Below are positions 49,965 to 58,343 of a stretch of DNA of 64,000 bases, one piece after another (the stretch's first letter is position 1; each line of letters begins with the position of its first letter). Position numbers and translations under genes: made by a program. The notes under the pieces were generated by a model. It was not told where the DNA came from. It saw nothing but the letters and a program-made list of their open reading frames with translations, and did no database searches. The DNA lies in contig JBAYJP010000001.1 in NCBI GenBank assembly GCA_041665025.1, positions 16,207-80,206 of the forward strand, given 5' to 3'. The stretch comes from Candidatus Magasanikiibacteriota bacterium (GTDB taxonomy: Bacteria; Patescibacteriota; Patescibacteriia; Magasanikbacterales; UBA922).

Positions 49965-51996
49965 CGTCATTCAATCTCAAGAGATTGACCAAAATAAAAA
50001 ATATTTAGGTAATAAGACGCTTAATCTACAAAAGCTCGTAGATTGGGGTTTCCATGTTCCAAAATTTATTGCAATACCTTCGCACATCTCTAGCAATTTA
50101 TACTCAGATGAAAATCTGAAAAAAGAAATAGCCCAAGAAGCAATAAGAATTTTGCAATGCAAAAAATATGCAGTGAGATCAAGCGCTTTAATTGAAGACG
50201 GTGAGAACAGGTCATTCGCCGGCCAATTCAACACTAAACTAAACTTATCCAGCAACGAGCTAATTGGAGGAATAGGCGAGGTGTTAAAGCAGGCAAACGA
50301 TTTTCTTCACGATGAACTTGATAAATTTTCAATAATTATTCAGGAATATATTGCACCCGATATTTCGGGAGTTACTTTTACGCGAAATCCACATGGTAGT
50401 AGAGAAATGATAATTGAATACGGATTTTGCGAAGGAGAAAAAATAGTAAGCGGAGAAATAAAACCAGAAAAAACCTCTTTTTATTGGAACGAACAAGACA
50501 TTAAATTGCCCAAACAATTTTTAACAAACCGAGTAATTAAAAAATTCAAAGAAATCGAAAACAAAAGTAAATTTCCGCAAGACATTGAGTGGTGTATTAA
50601 AGACAACAAATTTTATTTGCTACAAACAAGGCCAATAACAACAATTACCAGCAAACAATACGAGCAAATAAATTTTTTAGAAAAACAATTATCGGAAAGA
50701 GAAGAATATTTTTTTGAAAAAACAGAAATTTCAGAAATTGCACCACGACCGACAGAATTTACTCTAAGTCTTTTGAAGACTATTTACTCTCAAAATGGAC
50801 CAGTAAGCAGGGTTTATAAAAAGTACGGCGTTAATTTTACCGATACAAACTTTTTGAAAATTATAGGAAATGAGCTTTTCGTAGATAAAGAAAGAGAAAT
50901 CCAAGGATTGCTTCCATGTTATAGTTATTTGCAAAATCAAAATTTTGTTCCCAAATTCAGCTACTATTCCCAAATGATTCCAACGATAAAAAATCTTTTC
51001 TTTCTAAATAAAATTAGAACGAATGGCTACGAGAAAATATTTCAAGATTTAAAAACAAGAATTGAAACAACTAATCAAGGCAAAAATTATCAAACAGCGT
51101 TAAAAGTTTTTTTAGAGGATTATAAATTAATTTTTGAAACCAACCTCTTATCAGGCTTAGCTATAAAAAAACTAAATTCTCTGCTTAAAAATGAAGTCGT
51201 AAAATTACCAGATATTTTAAATGAAAGCAGTGTTTTTATTGATTTAAATAAATATAAAGTCTCATCACCTCAAAATTTAAAGGGTAATTCTTTAGAAATT
51301 GCTGATGAATCAAATTTTTCAGCTACTGAAAAAACTGAGAGGCAATCAAGCGACAAAGTATCGCAATGGTGGAAAAAAATATCCGATTTCAAGAAAAAAA
51401 TACTTCAAGACAAAATTAAGGAAGCTATAATCTATAATCGTTTAAGAGAATTAGGGAGGTGTTTGACGATCAAAAACATAAACGCAATAAGGAACTTTTT
51501 ATTAAGTTATGCGAAAAATCAAGGATTTAACGACTTACAGAATATTTATTTTACCAGTATCAATGAAGTTATTAATGATCGGGCTGATAAAATAGTTTGT
51601 AAAAAAAGAAAAAATATTTACGACCAATACAATGATTATAAGCTGCCAAACTCAATTACTTCATCATTTATCCAAAAGAGAACAGGAATTTTAGGCGTTT
51701 CCGCAGGATTAACGCAAGGTATTTTGCAAAATCACGAATACCTAGATTCGGAAAAATCAGATGACTCAAAAATTATTTTGTATACTGAAATATTATCGCC
51801 GAACTTAACAAAATATTTTGACAGGATTTCAGGAATTGTTTCAGAAAATGGAGGTTTATTATCGCATTTAGCAATCGTAGCTCGTGAAAATAACATCCCA
51901 GTTATAACTGGATTTTCATTATCAAATAGTATTTTAAAATTAGGCAATTCCGTGCAAATCGACGGTAGTAATGGTAAAATAGAAAAAATACAATAA
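49954..51996 (+). CDS. PEP-utilising-enzyme family phosphotransferase (PpsA-type ATP-grasp N-domain + C-terminal phosphohistidine swivel domain; rifampin-phosphotransferase-like architecture)
   Basis: SSALIEDGENRSFAGQFNT near the N-terminus and GGLLSHLAIVARENNIPVITG at the C-terminus; no TIM-barrel PEP domain. Confidence 0.6.
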   Translation: MKNNVIQSQEIDQNKKYLGNKTLNLQKLVDWGFHVPKFIAIPSHISSNLYSDENLKKEIAQEAIRILQCKKYAVRSSALIEDGENRSFAGQFNTKLNLSSNELIGGIGEVLKQANDFLHDELDKFSIIIQEYIAPDISGVTFTRNPHGSREMIIEYGFCEGEKIVSGEIKPEKTSFYWNEQDIKLPKQFLTNRVIKKFKEIENKSKFPQDIEWCIKDNKFYLLQTRPITTITSKQYEQINFLEKQLSEREEYFFEKTEISEIAPRPTEFTLSLLKTIYSQNGPVSRVYKKYGVNFTDTNFLKIIGNELFVDKEREIQGLLPCYSYLQNQNFVPKFSYYSQMIPTIKNLFFLNKIRTNGYEKIFQDLKTRIETTNQGKNYQTALKVFLEDYKLIFETNLLSGLAIKKLNSLLKNEVVKLPDILNESSVFIDLNKYKVSSPQNLKGNSLEIADESNFSATEKTERQSSDKVSQWWKKISDFKKKILQDKIKEAIIYNRLRELGRCLTIKNINAIRNFLLSYAKNQGFNDLQNIYFTSINEVINDRADKIVCKKRKNIYDQYNDYKLPNSITSSFIQKRTGILGVSAGLTQGILQNHEYLDSEKSDDSKIILYTEILSPNLTKYFDRISGIVSENGGLLSHLAIVARENNIPVITGFSLSNSILKLGNSVQIDGSNGKIEKIQ

Positions 51997-52119
51997 GGTG
52001 TTTTGGGCTACGGGCATTCACCCCTTTAATTCCCCTCTGCCCTTCGCCCAAAACGGAAAAAGAAATTTGAAAATTTTTTAAAACAACCAACTATCATCGG
52101 AAAAGAAAAGGAATACATC

Positions 52120-52221
52120 AGCTAACACGGCATATCTGGTTACGGCTTTTATACAAAAGCCTCCATCCATATTTGCCTTCGCTACGCTACGGCAAACATC
52201 AGATATGCCGATACGTTAGAC
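52120..52221 (+). repeat. attC-like imperfect palindromic intergenic repeat (site 1)
   Basis: 5' AGCTAAC-a-CGGCATATCTG ... CAGATATGCCG-atac-GTTAGAC 3'. The GTTAGAC end matches GTTRRRY, with bulged bases and internal hairpins. Confidence 0.35.
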
Positions 52222-52284
52222 GAAATAAATTATTTTTTCCTGTCCGATTTTTCAATTTTAATGGAAGGGGGTGAATTTTTGTGA

Positions 52285-53355
52285 TTGTTGACGAGGGGTA
52301 ATAATGGTATAAATAAACTTATGACAGAAAATAACTTTTCTCGGCCTACATTTTTAAAACCTGAGATAAAACTTGAAGCTGGTTACACCGATCCGGAAAA
52401 TGATGAAAAACATTTTTACCATGGAAATTTTGTAGTTGTGGCAGATCTAAAAAATATACCAAAAGAAATACGTGAAAAAATTCCTGGCGGATATATCTTA
52501 AAACAATATCAATCTGAAGAATACTCACCCAATTGGAATGAACTATTTGAAGCGGACAAAGAAGTAAATACAAATACAGCAGAAAAAAAAGGAACATGGG
52601 TGATTATCGACGCATTTGAAGACGCCTTTAACAAATTTGGTAGACGGCCGACTGTCAATGAAGTTCTTACTCTAATTTCAGACGACAAAAAAAGCGAAAT
52701 GGCTATCGATGAAAATTTTATCGTTCAAACACTAAAAAAATACTCTTTGGAAACAAAGGCTCGAAAACTTAAAAAACGCTATGAAGAAATAAAAAACGTT
52801 TTTTCAGATGAATTACCAAATATAATATTACCAACGCAATTTATTATTGGTGCTGAAGAAAACCGACAACACCCGGATCGCGATGGAGCAAAACGACTTT
52901 ACGAATTACAACCAAAAATCAATGCTTTAAAGTTACGCGGTACAAGGCCGGTACATGAATATCTCCATACTGGAGGCAATCCTGGAAAAAATTTTCTATA
53001 CGATAGCCCTCACGTACCAATACCAGAAAACATTATTAACATCGTAAAAATGTGGGCAAAACAGATAAAAGAAACCTTTCCAAAACAATGTGCGCAAATA
53101 AAAGAGGAACTTGAAAAATTTATTGAACTGGCACGTCCAATCCCAGAAAAAATGAATGAGATACCACACGATATGGTTCATCCTGTGAATGTTGGATTTA
53201 CAGCTGATGGCATTAGAATATTTGATATAAATTTAGTATTACCTAATTTGGATAAAGACGATAAACGGCGTAAAACTCTTTTTAATCCGGACATTTGGCT
53301 TGCTCGGTATAATCGCTTGTTAGATATTTGGAAAATAGTTTACGACGAATTGTAA
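52285..53355 (+). CDS. Hypothetical protein with kinase-like (APH/choline-kinase) catalytic-loop signature
   Basis: HDMVHPVNVGFTADGIRIFDINLV resembles the HGDxHPGN...IDxE Brenner/DFG-like region. Confidence 0.35.
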   Translation: MLTRGNNGINKLMTENNFSRPTFLKPEIKLEAGYTDPENDEKHFYHGNFVVVADLKNIPKEIREKIPGGYILKQYQSEEYSPNWNELFEADKEVNTNTAEKKGTWVIIDAFEDAFNKFGRRPTVNEVLTLISDDKKSEMAIDENFIVQTLKKYSLETKARKLKKRYEEIKNVFSDELPNIILPTQFIIGAEENRQHPDRDGAKRLYELQPKINALKLRGTRPVHEYLHTGGNPGKNFLYDSPHVPIPENIINIVKMWAKQIKETFPKQCAQIKEELEKFIELARPIPEKMNEIPHDMVHPVNVGFTADGIRIFDINLVLPNLDKDDKRRKTLFNPDIWLARYNRLLDIWKIVYDEL

Positions 53356-53460
53356 ACCACGGAGTAGGCGCAATTCACCCCTGCCCCTCTTGCTCCCCAC
53401 CAACGAAAAAATTCCCCCCCTACATTTGATAAAATCGGACAGAAAAAAATAATTTACATC

Positions 53461-53540
53461 GTACAACACCGAGTATCTGGTTTCGCTTCGCTTCACCCAT
53501 ATTGCTATCGCAACATCAGATACTCGGATATTGTGCTTAT
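53461..53540 (+). repeat. attC-like imperfect palindromic intergenic repeat (site 2)
   Basis: GTACAAC-ACCGAGTATCTGG ... CAGATACTCGG-atatt-GTGC; shares a central TTCGCTTCGCTTCACCCATATTGCTATCGCAACATC with site 4. Confidence 0.35.
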
Positions 53541-53560
53541 TTATCTTTTAAAATATTCTT

Positions 53561-54073
53561 ATGAAAACATTACTAATATCGATGATGGTCATCTCAGTAT
53601 TGATTCTAAACGGATGTACTAAAGAACGGCCTCAACCAAATTCTCTCAACGAAAAATCGACAATTAACGAAGTATCACCCACTCCAAATATTACTCAAGA
53701 AAAGAAGATGGCTGATTTTACGACAAGCTATATCCCGGACAGCTGGGTTATCGAAGAAAATTTTTTCTACAGTCCTGAAATGTATAATGCGCGAGAAGGT
53801 GGTCCCTATAGTTTGAACATTAATATAAACGAAAAATTTTCTTCTATAGACAATTATCTTAAAGATAAGAGCAATTGCGTTACAGATAAGACAGAATTTA
53901 AAATAAACAATTACCCAGCCGTCCGGTTTACGGATTCTTGCGCCTATGGGAAGCCTAAAATGACTCTTATGCAAATAAACGAGAATTTGGTTGAGGCTTT
54001 TAGCTATTCTTTTTCTGATGAATCAAAAGCAATAGTCAAAATATTGGAAACATTGGATATAAAAAATAAATAA
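53561..54073 (+). CDS. Hypothetical lipoprotein
   Basis: Signal peptide with lipobox (LNGC). Confidence 0.4.
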   Translation: MKTLLISMMVISVLILNGCTKERPQPNSLNEKSTINEVSPTPNITQEKKMADFTTSYIPDSWVIEENFFYSPEMYNAREGGPYSLNININEKFSSIDNYLKDKSNCVTDKTEFKINNYPAVRFTDSCAYGKPKMTLMQINENLVEAFSYSFSDESKAIVKILETLDIKNK

Positions 54074-54154
54074 GCACAACAGCGTATAACACGCTATATC
54101 CAAAATTTACTACGCTACGCTTTAGTAAACTTCGGATATAGCGATACGTTATGT
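54074..54154 (+). repeat. attC-like imperfect palindromic intergenic repeat (site 3)
   Basis: GCACAAC-ag-CGTAT-aacac-GCTATATCC ... GGATATAGC-g-ATACG-TTATGT. Confidence 0.35.
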
Positions 54155-54246
54155 GCCATAATAAAAAACCATTTATGTTTGACTTCTTAAAATTATTGTG
54201 GTAATTTCTATCTAAGATACTTTTATTTATTTTTAACATAAAATCT

Positions 54247-54504
54247 ATGGGCGAATTCAATTTAGAGGCAGAAGCTGCCGCTGCAGCAGCACGCACAGAT
54301 AGAGGAGTGCAAGAAAATGTATTTCGAGGATTACCGGAAGTACAACTTTCTTCTTTTACTCCCGAAATGGCTGCTGCATTAAGAAGCATGGATACCGAGA
54401 ATCCCGTACTAGAAAATGCAGAATTACAAGCTTATGTTGATACGCTTACTAAAGCCCAGCGCGACCAGCTCCAATCACAGGCTAGCAATGTAGACCCAGA
54501 ATAA
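54247..54504 (+). CDS. Small acidic Ala-rich hypothetical protein
   Basis: ORF with a hairpin terminator downstream (54568-54606). Confidence 0.3.
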   Translation: MGEFNLEAEAAAAAARTDRGVQENVFRGLPEVQLSSFTPEMAAALRSMDTENPVLENAELQAYVDTLTKAQRDQLQSQASNVDPE

Positions 54505-54752
54505 ATTACCACAACAATTTTAAGTAATGGTTTTTTATTACGTCACATAACAACCGATATCAGGTTCAAAAAATAGTGCTTTTCAATTTTAGTGGAAGCA
54601 CTATTTTTTTCTCCCATATGCCGGTACTTGAATTGTAAGTCTAAAGCGTTTACAATGAATGGTAGTGAAGTCAAAGAGTGTGCTAAAACAATGGCGCCAC
54701 TTCTGATATCGGCGAACATTGCACAAAATAAAAATTTAATTATTTTGCTACC

Positions 54753-55490
54753 ATGAAATTCAAAGAAGGATACAAATATACAAACCTCACCGGATACATA
54801 AATATTTTTTCCAACCCTCAATGGTATTTGGATACACAATCTGAACTCAAGGAATTTTTTTATGATTACGATGGTAATAAGGAAAACAAATCGCAAGAAT
54901 GGCTCGAGAAAAGAAACGAATTTGTAAAAATGGTTTGTGAACTTTTAGAAGCAGACCAAATTGCTCTTGGTGATTCTGGAATAAACTGGGATAAGGATCG
55001 TTCGCCAATAGATACAATTGTTATACACCATACCAGTACGCCATCAGACATCCCCATTGCAGCAATTAATGCACTAGGATTGATTCGTTTGTATGCACCA
55101 AATTACAGCAAAAAAGATGAAGAGCAATTTGGTCAACCAATTTGGTCAAACCATTTTTACAAAAACAGACAAACATTCATTGCTTATCATTACATAATCA
55201 GACAGGACGGGTCTTTTGAACATATACTACAAGATAACCAAACAGGTTGGCATTGTGGAAATTGGGATTATAACTGCCGAAGTATTGCGATTTGTTTTCT
55301 TGATGATCTAAAAGAAAAAAGACCGACTGAAAAAGCACTTCGAACAGCAAATGAAATCATAAAAAAATATCCAAATTGTAATATCCTAGGTCATAGAGAA
55401 ATTAAACCCACAACGACTTGCCCAGGTAATCTGTTTCTAGAGAAAGATGGTTGGAAAAACGACGTATTTCTGAAACCGCAAAATAATTAA
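54753..55490 (+). CDS. N-acetylmuramoyl-L-alanine amidase (amidase_2 / PGRP fold)
   Basis: IVIHHTS, AYHYII, GWHCGNW, ILGHREI...TCPG zinc-amidase motifs. Confidence 0.7.
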   Translation: MKFKEGYKYTNLTGYINIFSNPQWYLDTQSELKEFFYDYDGNKENKSQEWLEKRNEFVKMVCELLEADQIALGDSGINWDKDRSPIDTIVIHHTSTPSDIPIAAINALGLIRLYAPNYSKKDEEQFGQPIWSNHFYKNRQTFIAYHYIIRQDGSFEHILQDNQTGWHCGNWDYNCRSIAICFLDDLKEKRPTEKALRTANEIIKKYPNCNILGHREIKPTTTCPGNLFLEKDGWKNDVFLKPQNN

Positions 55491-55500
55491 ATTTTTACAT

Positions 55501-55579
55501 CGCACAACAGCGTGTATGCGGTTCCGCTTCGCTCCACCCATATTGCTAACGCAACATCGTATATACGCGGACGTTATAC
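55501..55579 (+). repeat. attC-like imperfect palindromic intergenic repeat (site 4)
   Basis: CGCACAAC-ag-CGTGTAT ... ATATACG-cggac-GTTATAC; the central part is ~85% identical to site 2. Confidence 0.35.
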
Positions 55580-55663
55580 GAAATAAATTTTTTCTTTTTA
55601 TTTTTCTCAAATGACTTACAATAGACATTATGGAAATAATGTTGATAAGACTAAACGATTAAA

Positions 55664-55909
55664 ATGCCAAATAACAAAAATACAAACTTTAGAAAGCTAT
55701 ACTCACATTTAGAATCAACTATAATAATATTTTTGTGGATTTCTATTTTCTTTTGGATCTTTTATGAAGGTTCGATTAATGCGGGTATTTGGGGAAAATG
55801 GAAAGGCTTAGAGATCATATTTCCACTCATCATTTCTTTCTTCATCTCATCAATTATAATATTGCCTCTGTATTTAATAAAAATATTTTTCAAAAGCAAG
55901 AAAAAATAA
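55664..55909 (+). CDS. Small membrane protein
   Basis: Two TM helices. Confidence 0.3.
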   Translation: MPNNKNTNFRKLYSHLESTIIIFLWISIFFWIFYEGSINAGIWGKWKGLEIIFPLIISFFISSIIILPLYLIKIFFKSKKK

Positions 55910-55996
55910 CAAGCTTTCAAAGGGGAATAAATTTGATTTATTTAAAAAGAAAAAACTTATATAATACCTACACCTTTTAGTTAATAAGAGATCAAT

Positions 55997-56281
55997 ATGA
56001 AAACGAAAAAAATAAAAATCACTACGGGTGTGGTTCATAAAGTTCCCAAGGATTTAGAGAAGGTTTTAAGCTCCAATCCTGATTTGCTTACCAAATGGAA
56101 TGGCCTAACCCCTCTATCTCGCAATGAGTGGATTTGTTGGGTCACTATTGTGAAAAAGCCAGAAACTCGTAATAAGCATATTGAACGCTTATCTGAAGAA
56201 CTCCTTGAGGGGGCAAAAAGACCTTGTTGTTGGCCAGGTTGTCCTCATCGCAGACCAAATGCGAAAAAATGGTTTAAGTAA
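55997..56281 (+). CDS. YdeI/OmpD-associated (DUF1905-like) family small protein
   Basis: WICWVTIVKKPETRNKHIERL resembles the AKKPETR hallmark. Confidence 0.45.
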   Translation: MKTKKIKITTGVVHKVPKDLEKVLSSNPDLLTKWNGLTPLSRNEWICWVTIVKKPETRNKHIERLSEELLEGAKRPCCWPGCPHRRPNAKKWFK

Positions 56282-56382
56282 CACACTTTTTTTCTTTCCC
56301 TTCGTTCCAAAAAAACTTGGTATATTTCTAATGTTAAAATGTATATAATTCTAAATAATATATAAGGTTTTTAAAATTCTTA

Positions 56383-56868
56383 ATGAGATATCATAATATG
56401 TCTAACATGTTCAAGCCCATCAAGGCAAAAAATGTAAAAGAATACTTAGCATCTATACCAGAAGAACGTAAAGAGACAATTTTGTTTCTGCACGATTTTA
56501 TTCAGAAAGTCTCACCAAAACTAAAAAGCCATTTTGCATATAATATGCTTGGGTATGGCTCGTTTGCCTATAAAAATTATAAAAGAGATGTGATCGAGTG
56601 GCCCATAGTGGCACTTGCCAGCCAGAAAAATTATATGAGTGTGTATGTATGTGCCGTGGAAGATGGTGAGTATCTGGCAGAAAAGTACAAGGATAAACTA
56701 GGCAAGGTAAGCGTGGGCAAGAGTTGTATTCGTTTCAAAAAACTGGATGACTTACATTTAGGGGCGTTAAAAAAAATTTTACAAAAATCAGCGAAACATC
56801 CAGGTCTTGTTGGTGCTGAGAAATATCGGAAAACCTCTGTAAAAAAACAATTGCATATAAAATCGTAA
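56383..56868 (+). CDS. DUF1801 (YdhG-like) family protein
   Basis: VKEYLASIPEERKETILFLHDFI...YGSF pattern. Confidence 0.4.
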   Translation: MRYHNMSNMFKPIKAKNVKEYLASIPEERKETILFLHDFIQKVSPKLKSHFAYNMLGYGSFAYKNYKRDVIEWPIVALASQKNYMSVYVCAVEDGEYLAEKYKDKLGKVSVGKSCIRFKKLDDLHLGALKKILQKSAKHPGLVGAEKYRKTSVKKQLHIKS

Positions 56869-56880
56869 CCTTTTGTAGGT

Positions 56881-57555
56881 ATGCCAACAAAAATTTTAAC
56901 TCATGTACTTCTTGATGCCCTAACTATCGTGTACATATTTTTTGGGTTGGAATACTTTACTCATTTTACACAAAATAATCTGGTACTTGTATTTTATATT
57001 GTTGCTTTATTGCATTTGATTGCGCTTGGAAGCGGACTTTATTCAAAAGTTCGCACATACGGCTCAGGAGGTTTACTTGGCGAACAAAAAAATAACTGGA
57101 CACATACTCTTCAATCTCTTGTCACTATCTTGGCATTTGCCAGTTCTTTGTGGCTCATATTTCCCGGTGTAGCAATTACCAAAATAATCAGTCACAACAT
57201 GCCTGGACTCGGCATACTTATTGTTTTATTTCTGTTATTCCCCTGGGTTTTGCTTGCGATTGGTATGTCACATGAACAAAAAAAATGGAAAACGCCTGCA
57301 CGTGAATATATGGTGACACAACTTCTGCCTTCATGTGCTACGTTGCTATTTTTCGCAACAAGCGAAACACTCATAAAAGCCACGGCACAAAATAATGCGA
57401 CCTCGCTCGATGATGTCGGTTTTGGAATTATTATGCTTGCTATTACCTACTTACCACTTCGATTATTACTTATGCTCAAACAGCCTATCAAAAAAATAGA
57501 TTTTGTTTCAGCGATTATCACATTTGGTTTGCTTGCCTACGCCATGGTTGCCTGA
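56881..57555 (+). CDS. Hypothetical polytopic membrane protein
   Basis: Six or more TM helices. Confidence 0.4.
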   Translation: MPTKILTHVLLDALTIVYIFFGLEYFTHFTQNNLVLVFYIVALLHLIALGSGLYSKVRTYGSGGLLGEQKNNWTHTLQSLVTILAFASSLWLIFPGVAITKIISHNMPGLGILIVLFLLFPWVLLAIGMSHEQKKWKTPAREYMVTQLLPSCATLLFFATSETLIKATAQNNATSLDDVGFGIIMLAITYLPLRLLLMLKQPIKKIDFVSAIITFGLLAYAMVA

Positions 57556-57589
57556 CATCTGTGGAAAACTTAATTTGACGATCTTGGGT

Positions 57590-57795
57590 ATTTACTGATA
57601 CACTCCATCTAGTTACAACTCACCACTATATCTGCTGGAAGAGGGTGCAAGTCCCTCACTGTGCCGCAACGGTATTCTCCGATTTAAATTCGGGGTCAGT
57701 CCGATCTTCAGATATGGTTTATTGCGTGGTTGCCAAAGGCAACGTCACGCAGTAATCCCGAGCAGGAACTTGTATTTTTTGAAACGTACATCAAA
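57590..57795 (+). ncRNA. Candidate cobalamin (B12) riboswitch
   Basis: GGAAGAGGGUGCAAGUCCCUCACUGU core resembles the conserved GGUGnnAnUCC...CCACUGU cobalamin-aptamer elements, and a degenerate AGUCCGA..CAGA B12-box-like stretch follows. Positioned in the 5' leader of DUF4430 genes. Confidence 0.4.
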
Positions 57796-57828
57796 AATCT
57801 TCCTATTCGGGGAGATTTTTTATTTTAT
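57796..57828 (+). terminator. Rho-independent terminator/attenuator at the 3' end of the riboswitch leader
   Basis: TCTTCC-tattcg-GGGAGA followed by TTTTTTATTTT, 9 nt before the downstream ATG. Confidence 0.5.
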
Positions 57829-57836
57829 TACTCACT

Positions 57837-58343
57837 ATGAAAAAACTACTCCTATTGTTTTCATTACTGGTCTTATTGAGTGGATGTTCTTTGCAAAAGA
57901 CTATAACACAACCATCAGTGAACAACGAGCAACAAGCAACTAGAACAAACAACAACCAACCGTCGAACGCTGATAATCGATCGTCAATTACCTCTAATTA
58001 TGAGTTACCCGTTACGAGTACACAAAAAACCATAGATACTCCAACACAAATAATCATCCCCGAGACACAACTCAAAATCAACAGCATCATCTATCCCCTC
58101 ACCCCAGGCAAAAACGTCTATGATGCGATGGCAGAACTTTCCCAAGTTTCATCACAACCCTTTATATTTTCTACCAAAAATTATCCAGGCATGGGACAAT
58201 TTGTAGAAGAAATAAATGGGATTAAAAATGATTTCAAGCAAAACAAATACTGGATTTATTACATCAACAACAAATCAGCCATCGCGGGCATTTCACAATA
58301 TATTATTCAGCAGGGGGACATAATCGAATGGAAGTATGAATAA
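57837..58343 (+). CDS. DUF4430-domain lipoprotein (transcobalamin beta-domain-like B12-binding module)
   Basis: Lipobox LSGCS. C-terminal pattern GQFVEEINGI...KYWIYYINN...GDIIEWKYE typical of DUF4430. Confidence 0.55.
   Translation: MKKLLLLFSLLVLLSGCSLQKTITQPSVNNEQQATRTNNNQPSNADNRSSITSNYELPVTSTQKTIDTPTQIIIPETQLKINSIIYPLTPGKNVYDAMAELSQVSSQPFIFSTKNYPGMGQFVEEINGIKNDFKQNKYWIYYINNKSAIAGISQYIIQQGDIIEWKYE

Noticed and set aside
48036-55620. CRISPR array interpretation of the repeated intergenic elements
   Set aside because: Repeats are 80-100 bp, imperfect (structure conserved rather than sequence), and separated by 0.5-3.7 kb of protein-coding DNA rather than 25-50-bp spacers. No cas genes are present.
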